DNA of 64,000 nt, taken from positions 2,656,001 to 2,720,000 of the forward strand of contig OZ243961.1 of NCBI GenBank assembly GCA_965214605.1, read 5' to 3'. The notes below the pieces were generated by a model. That model was given only the letters and a program-made list of their open reading frames with translations. It searched no databases and was not told the origin of the DNA. Position numbers and translations under genes: made by a program. This DNA comes from an uncultured Candidatus Binatia bacterium (GTDB lineage Bacteria > Desulfobacterota > Binatia > Bin18). This document shows, piece by piece, positions 57,866 to 64,000 of the stretch (position 1 is the first letter of the stretch; the number at the start of each line of letters is the position of its first letter).

Positions 57866-58031
57866 TCACCCGAAGCGATCATCATCGTTTACTTTGAAGC
57901 CCAGCCGGCTTCTTGTCATCCTGGTTTTGGGGGTGTTGATAGGTGCCGGCTTGCTAGCGGTCGCCGTTGCCCAGTCGAACCGTACGGCGTTCAGTCTCAA
58001 TTCCTCGGCGTCGTTTCCGGTGGATATCTAA
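57852..58031 (+). CDS. Small exported protein ending in FPVDI (59 aa, not in ORF track)
   Basis: MNNDNHPKRSSSFTLKPSRLLVILVLGVLIGAGLLAVAVAQSNRTAFSLNSSASFPVDI; fills the gap and abuts both neighbours. Confidence 0.7.
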   Translation: MNNDNHPKRSSSFTLKPSRLLVILVLGVLIGAGLLAVAVAQSNRTAFSLNSSASFPVDI

Positions 58032-58032
58032 T

Positions 58033-58887
58033 ATGACGAAAACCCTCTCGAATATCCTTGCCCTAGTCGTATCTGTGGTAGCCGTGCACGTGACCTATAT
58101 TGGCTACATCCGGCCGCAGGCGTCGCTGATTCTTGAGGCGTCAAGACAGACTGGCCAATCGGCCCCTCGCCACCTCCTCGTCATCCTCAAGGATTACGAG
58201 CAAGAGATTTGTCTCATCCTCATGCTGTGGGGCATGTTTCTCATCCTCGTCAAATGCCTGACCATCCTGAGAGAGCAGTACCTTTTTTCCGTTGATTTGC
58301 TCGAAGAATCCTCCGAAGAGCCCGATGAGGCAGACGACACCGATCCGGTCGAAGAACCCCTGGGAGAATTCCAGGGGTTGAGCAGCACCCTGAAAACGCT
58401 CGAAGCCTTGCCCCTTGATATCCGCGAAACGCCCCTGGTCAAGACCCTCATGACCAGTCTGCGCCGCTTCCTCATTACCCGGGATGTCCAAAACACGTCT
58501 GACGCTATTGAGTCCAGCGTCGAGGCGCTGGCGATGAAACAGGACGCCGAGAACTCCATGATTCGCTATCTTATCTGGGCGATCCCGTCGATCGGATTTA
58601 TCGGCACAGTGCGCGGTATTGGTCAGGCCCTGTCTCAGGCGGATCAGGCCCTTGCTGGCGACATCGCCGGCATGACCGAGAGTCTTGGCATCGCCTTCAA
58701 TTCTACCTTGGTGGCACTGCTGATCAGCATCGCCCTGATGTTCATGTTGCATCAGCTCCAACGGCTGCAAGATAATCTGGTTGTGGATACACAGGACTAC
58801 TGCGAGGCGTTCCTGCTCAATCGTATTAGCCAAAGTGGTGATGTTGCCCCCCAGATGAGGACATCACCACCGTTGTCGGTAGGTTGA
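58033..58887 (+). CDS. MotA/TolQ/ExbB proton channel family protein
   Basis: IPSIGFIGTVRGIG...LGIAFNSTLVALL. Confidence 0.92.
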   Translation: MTKTLSNILALVVSVVAVHVTYIGYIRPQASLILEASRQTGQSAPRHLLVILKDYEQEICLILMLWGMFLILVKCLTILREQYLFSVDLLEESSEEPDEADDTDPVEEPLGEFQGLSSTLKTLEALPLDIRETPLVKTLMTSLRRFLITRDVQNTSDAIESSVEALAMKQDAENSMIRYLIWAIPSIGFIGTVRGIGQALSQADQALAGDIAGMTESLGIAFNSTLVALLISIALMFMLHQLQRLQDNLVVDTQDYCEAFLLNRISQSGDVAPQMRTSPPLSVG

Positions 58888-59954
58888 AACTGAAACGGCG
58901 CCGTATTACACAGGGCTTCAATATCGCCTTCCTGGACATTATGTCCTGCGGGTTGGGTGCCATTGTGCTCGTGTTTATGCTTGTCAAGGACAACGTGGAG
59001 ACAGCCGCGCCCGAGGCCACCCTGTTAGAGGCTGACCTGAGCCGCCTTGAGCAACTCCACCGGCAACTCCGCCGCACTATAGAGGAAGTCCGCGATCAGA
59101 GCAGTGCCGCGGACAGCCGTATTCAGTCCATCTCCCAGGACCTGTCGCGGCTGCAACAAGAGGCTGACGGGATCCGCGAGGCGGCGGAGACTAAACGAGA
59201 GCGGCTCACGGCCCTCGAAGAGACGATTAAACAAACGAATATTGCCACCAAATCGGACATGGTCGAAATTCCCAAGGCTGGCCAGGAGACTTACCTCATC
59301 GGCCTCAGGGTCGAAGGTCGGAAAATCGGCCTGCTCATTGATACGAGTGCCTCAATGACCGACGAAACCCTTCTGTCAGTCATTCGTCGAAAAAATTCTT
59401 CAGATCTTGAAAGAAAAGCCGGTCCAAAGTGGCGTCGAACAAGGGACATTATCGGCTGGCTGCTGGCCCGCCTGCCGAGTCAGTCGGAAGTCAGTGCCGT
59501 GACCTACAATGACAAGGCCCGACATTTGGGCGGATCACACTGGAAACCGAGCCGCGACCCAAGCAGCCTAGAGGGCATCCTGCGCGATCTCGAGGCGGTT
59601 GTCCCCTCGGGACCGACCAATCTCCAGGTCGGTCTCAAAGCCATGTACGCAATGGGCCCCACCAATCTGTACGTCGTCACCGATGGGCTCCCGACGCAGG
59701 GGAGCGCGGGCTACAAAAGCCTCAATCCGTTTGCCGCCTGTAGCTCACTGTGGGGCCTGTCTAACACGATATCCGGCGATTGCCGGGCCAGACTCTTTCG
59801 GCATACGATTCAAGAGACTTGGCCGACGGACAGCCTGCCGGTCAACGTCATTCTCCTGCCCATTGAGGGCGACCCAGGAGCGGCGGCCGAGTACTGGCTG
59901 TGGACGGCCACCTCGGGCGGTTTACTTATCACTCCTGCGGAGACCTGGCCATGA
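58884..59954 (+). CDS. ExbD/MotB-like Asp-TM + coiled coil + vWA protein
   Basis: AFLDIMSCGLGAIVLVF; MIDAS IDTSASM..T..TDG. Confidence 0.8.
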   Translation: MKLKRRRITQGFNIAFLDIMSCGLGAIVLVFMLVKDNVETAAPEATLLEADLSRLEQLHRQLRRTIEEVRDQSSAADSRIQSISQDLSRLQQEADGIREAAETKRERLTALEETIKQTNIATKSDMVEIPKAGQETYLIGLRVEGRKIGLLIDTSASMTDETLLSVIRRKNSSDLERKAGPKWRRTRDIIGWLLARLPSQSEVSAVTYNDKARHLGGSHWKPSRDPSSLEGILRDLEAVVPSGPTNLQVGLKAMYAMGPTNLYVVTDGLPTQGSAGYKSLNPFAACSSLWGLSNTISGDCRARLFRHTIQETWPTDSLPVNVILLPIEGDPGAAAEYWLWTATSGGLLITPAETWP

Positions 59955-60898
59955 AGCCGGAGCGTCGGTCCTTCGATATTTTTAGCCTCTCGTTTTTGGA
60001 CGTGGTGTCGTGCGGATTCGGGGCGGTAATCCTGCTGGTCCTGATCTCCGATTTTTCGGAAGCAGTCACACCACAGCTCCAAGTCCAGACGGAAACCCTG
60101 CTGAGGGATATTCTGGCCGCCCAGACCGTTGCCGACACCCTGCAATCTGAGCTTGCCCAAAGGCAAGGGGAGGCCGCGGCGCGCGAAACCCTACTGGCAA
60201 AACTCCGGGCAGCAGCTGAGGCGGTGCGCCAGAGTGTCAAAACGAGCACAGACGAGAACAAAACGCTGGACAAAAATCTGGCCGGGCTGACGCTGGTTGA
60301 ACAATCCATAAAACGCGCCACCGTCCAACAGGAGACCGCTGAGGACAGTGATGAGGAGGTCGGCGGTATTCCGGTCGACAGCGATTACGTCGTTTTTATT
60401 GTTGACACGTCTGGAAGCATGCGGCAAATCTGGGGCCGGGTAACACGAGAACTTGAGAATGTTGTGACTATCCATCCTAAGATCAAAGGATTCCAGATTC
60501 TCAACGACAACGGTGCGCATCTTCTCTCAGGCTATGCCGGACGGTGGATTCCCGACACCCCACGACGCCGCCGGAGCGTGATCAGGCTGTTTAGGACATG
60601 GAACAGCACCTCGAACAGCAGCCCTGTCGAAGGACTCCACGTCGCCTTGCAGCGCTATGCCAAGCCGGGCGTTAAGCTGTCGATCTACATTTTTGGCGAC
60701 GACTACACGGGTGGTTCCTACGACCCGGTCATTGAGGCTCTAGCCAGGCTCAACACCAACACCGGAACCGGGGAGCGCCTTGCCAAGGTCCACGCGGTTG
60801 GGTTTGTTTCTCCACATACAACGGACCGTTTTCCCACCCTGATGCGCGAGCTGACTCGTCAGAACGGCGGTACCTTCATCGCCCTGCCGGTCCGGTAA
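59951..60898 (+). CDS. Second ExbD/MotB-like Asp-TM + coiled coil + vWA protein
   Basis: SFLDVVSCGFGAVILLV; VDTSGSM; FGDD; NGGTF. Confidence 0.8.
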   Translation: MKPERRSFDIFSLSFLDVVSCGFGAVILLVLISDFSEAVTPQLQVQTETLLRDILAAQTVADTLQSELAQRQGEAAARETLLAKLRAAAEAVRQSVKTSTDENKTLDKNLAGLTLVEQSIKRATVQQETAEDSDEEVGGIPVDSDYVVFIVDTSGSMRQIWGRVTRELENVVTIHPKIKGFQILNDNGAHLLSGYAGRWIPDTPRRRRSVIRLFRTWNSTSNSSPVEGLHVALQRYAKPGVKLSIYIFGDDYTGGSYDPVIEALARLNTNTGTGERLAKVHAVGFVSPHTTDRFPTLMRELTRQNGGTFIALPVR

Positions 60899-60971
60899 TC
60901 CTCCCGTGCCCCACGTCTTTGACAATAGCACCCAGGCCCTCCGCCCCGCGCTGATAGAAACCCTGCGTGGC

Positions 60972-63107
60972 CGCCCACTGCGTAACGACAACGAGATCAA
61001 CCCCGATGCGCTAGGCTACATCTTTGAGAAGTACCTCAACCAGAAACAGCTGGGAGTTTATTACACCTAAGGAGGACATCACCGGCTATATCGGCCGCAA
61101 CACCATCATCCCGTTTTTGTTCGACCGGGCAAAAGACGCCTGCGCCATTGCTTTCGAGCCGACCGGCGGGATCTGGCGGCTGCTCACCAACGACCCGGAC
61201 CGCTATTTCTCCGAGGCCGTCCGCCACGGTATCAGCTTATGACCTGCACAAAGGGGAAGCCCTGGTCGAAACACGTCAGCTGCCGCCCGAGATAGCAGTC
61301 GGCCTGAACGATGTCTCAGCCCGCGCTGACTGGAACACGCCGGCCCCGTCCGACTATAGCCTGCCGACCGAGACCTGGCGCGAGCACATCGTTCGCCGCC
61401 GGCGCTACGAGGAAGTCCGGGCCGAGTTAGCTGGCGGCCATCTCACCTCTATCAATGACCTCATTACTTACAACCTGGACATTGAGACATTTGCCCAGGA
61501 TGTGATCATCGGAAGTGAGGGCCCGGAGCTGGTGCGTGCCTTCTGGAAGACCCTGAGCGCCGTCTCTGTCCTCGACCCTACCTGCGGCTCCGGCGCCTTT
61601 CTGTTCGCCGCGCTCAACATCCTAGAGCCGCTGTACAGCGCCTGTCTGGAGGCCATGCGTAGCTTTACGACCTTGATCGCTCGCCGCACTCCCACCACCG
61701 CCCGGAGAAGCTAGGTGACTTTCGCAAGATACTGGCTGAGGTCGAAGCTCACGCCAACGAGCGGTATTTCATTCTCAAGTCCATCATGGTCAACAATTTG
61801 TACGGGGTGGACATCATGGAAGAGGCTGTAGAGATCTGCAAGCTGCGCCTGTTCCTCAAGCTCGTCGCCCAGCTGGACCGCTCCGAGCAGATAGAGCCCC
61901 TGCCCGACATTGATTTCAACGTCCGTGCCGGCAATACCCTGGTCGGCTTTACCTCGCTTCAAGAAATCCAGGATGCTTTTGTCACGACCCGGGATGGTCA
62001 GCGCAGAATGCTCTATCCAGAAGACAAGGCTACCCTCACGCGTATTACAAAAAACGCCGCCCGCGTTGACCGCGCCTTCCGTCAGTTCTACGCCGTGCAG
62101 ACCAAGTCCGGCAGAGACGCCGGCAGGCGTACCGACGCAAAGGAGGCACTGCGGGAACGGTTCGCTGCTCTGCGAGACGAACTGGACAAGCATCTGGGCC
62201 GGGAGTATGGCGTCGCGGTCGAAAACCAACGGGCCTACCGGCACTGGCGGGCCAGCCATCAGCCCTTCCACTGGTTTGTGGAGTTCCACGGCCTTTTGAT
62301 CTCGGCGCCACGAATGTTGCCGCTCATGCGTCTCTTAACAAGTCGCACCTCCATCCATATGAGCAGTTTTGCCGTCCGTCCGGCGAAACTGTTTGTCGGC
62401 GTAGATATGAATTTCTCTATTGTGATCGGTACACTCAAGACAAAGAAGGATGAGACGAGATTTTTACAACGACGTACAACCGATGGAATGAGGTGAATAG
62501 TCTGTTCAGCCTCCTTTCGTATGTTGAATCTGAATGTAACGAGCCGCTTGCCGCTGTTTTCAAGATCGGTTCAGAGATCAGCCGAGCCGTTCTCGACAAG
62601 CTCAAACGCTTCCAGCCGCTCCAACGGTGTCACGCTAAAAGGTCCGCAAGTTCAATCTACTATCACAGTGGGGGGCGTTATTTTCGTAAATGTATGAAAA
62701 GAAAACTGTCCAACGAATATAAAGAACTGCGATTGCAAAAAGAAGCTGCAGATCCCCTTCTTTGCCTTCTGTCGTCGTCACTCTATTATTGGCTTTGGAT
62801 TATGTTTTCCGATTGCTATCATGTGACCCGACCAGATGTTGATATGGTTTACGTTCCTGATTCGTTGATCCTGGACCGCCGGTTTCACACACTGTCGGCC
62901 TCCCTCATAGACGATCTGGAAAAAAATTCAAAAGTCCGCATCCGAACACGGGAGGACGGCAGTAAGCGAAAAGAAGTCAATTATTTTGCTGGAAAATCAA
63001 AACACCTGCTCGACGAAATTGATAGAGGACTAGCAGACCACTACGGACTTACAGCAGAAGAATTGGACTTCATCATCAATTACGACATCAAATACCGCAG
63101 CGCCTAA
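60972..63107 (+). pseudogene. Degraded Type IIG/Eco57I-like restriction-modification adenine methyltransferase
   Basis: EINPDALGYIFEKYLNQKQLGVYYT/KEDIT, VLDPTCGSGAFL, NNLYGVDI, PFHWFVEF spread over several frames; NPPY motif and N-terminus absent. Confidence 0.88.
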
Positions 63108-63113
63108 GCCACA

Positions 63114-63998
63114 TTAGAACCGGACGGCCGCTTCAATGCCCCACACCGGCGGCTCGTTCACCATGCTGGTCAGGTTATTGAAGTCAATGCCGCTGGTGGT
63201 GGAGAGGTCGTTCAGGATGTTGCGGCCAAAGGCGGCGACTTCCAGCTGGCCGCTGGCCGACCGCCAGGCTAGGCGGGCACCGCCCTCAAGCCGGTATTTG
63301 TCGCTGAACTCCCGCGAGTCGTACAGAAAGAAATGAACGCGGCTACGATAGATCCAGTCAGTGGACACAATCAATTCAGAGCCGCCGGCCAGCGACCAGG
63401 CATAGCTGAGGCCTAGGTTGGCGATCCAGCGCGGCGCGTCGGGCAGATCGTTGCCGTTGATCGACACTGTGCCGGGCACGGGACCGGGCGGGTCAAGTAT
63501 GGTGCAACCGGAGCCACAGGGTTGGACAAACAGGGTGGGATCGTCAATATTCGTGTAATTGTAGCTCGCCCCGCCGGTGATACGTAGCCCGCGGCTCAGC
63601 ATCAGTTGCAGGTCGACCTCGACGCCCCGGCCGGTGGTGTGCTCGGCGTTCACTAGGCGGTTGATGTTGCTCGTGCCACTGCCTGCGGTCAACTGCTGGT
63701 CTCGTAGCCAGTAGTGATAGGCGGCTAGGTCCAGATGTAACCGGCGTTGCCAGCCACGCAGCTTCACCCCGGTTTCAACCGAGATAATCCGCTCGGTATC
63801 GGCTACGGTGACCTCGTCGCCAAACAGCAGCCGGCCCTGAATGCTGGGGGCGCGGAAGCTGCTGGCCGCCCGTACATAGGGCTGGACGCCTGGGGCCGCT
63901 TGGTAGCGTAGGCTGGCGTCCCAGCTTGGCACTAGGTCACGCGGGCTGCGACGCAGTGGGGCCAGCGGGCCGCTGCCGATGGGCGACTGTAAGCGCTC
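63114..63998 (-). CDS. TonB-dependent receptor, C-terminal part (runs off window)
   Basis: Frame open to window edge; FRAPS, ETGVK, LPDAP, GRNI, terminal WGIEAAVRF. Confidence 0.9.
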   Translation of the reverse strand, partial: ERLQSPIGSGPLAPLRRSPRDLVPSWDASLRYQAAPGVQPYVRAASSFRAPSIQGRLLFGDEVTVADTERIISVETGVKLRGWQRRLHLDLAAYHYWLRDQQLTAGSGTSNINRLVNAEHTTGRGVEVDLQLMLSRGLRITGGASYNYTNIDDPTLFVQPCGSGCTILDPPGPVPGTVSINGNDLPDAPRWIANLGLSYAWSLAGGSELIVSTDWIYRSRVHFFLYDSREFSDKYRLEGGARLAWRSASGQLEVAAFGRNILNDLSTTSGIDFNNLTSMVNEPPVWGIEAAVRF

Positions 63999-64000
63999 GC

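Noticed and set aside
58033-60898. Zorya anti-phage system or flagellar stator
   Set aside because: No OmpA-like peptidoglycan-binding domain, no long ZorA tail, no zorC/D/E or flagellar genes

Overview
Bacterial chromosomal window of about 60% GC. Gene content and order look deltaproteobacterial (possibly Binatia-like; this is inference only). Housekeeping blocks are clpP; dksA, rimO, rodZ-like, prfB, lnt, ybeY, phoH, alaS, recX, aroC; fmt, def, priA; aroK, aroB. They alternate with CoA-dependent catabolic genes and accessory loci. Main points of interest: (1) an ECF sigma factor followed by a zf-HC2 anti-sigma / O6-alkylguanine alkyltransferase / Ada Zn-domain triple fusion and an ATL gene, a candidate sigma-based adaptive response to alkylation; (2) an 8-gene envelope machine with a MotA/TolQ/ExbB channel, two Asp-TM + vWA subunits, a PEGA-FGE protein and lipoproteins; (3) a Tad pilus operon carrying a di-haem cytochrome c peroxidase and a histidine kinase lacking its His, facing a TetR gene across a perfect 67-bp palindrome; (4) a UGA-interrupted UGSC-type selenoprotein with a SECIS-like hairpin; (5) two isolated repeat-spacer-repeat units with type I-E CRISPR-like dimensions, one inserted in frame in recX; (6) decaying genes (RM methyltransferase, pilQ remnant, Phd antitoxin). 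No rRNA, tRNA, cas gene or intact IS was recognised. All family calls come from motifs read by eye; no searches were run.
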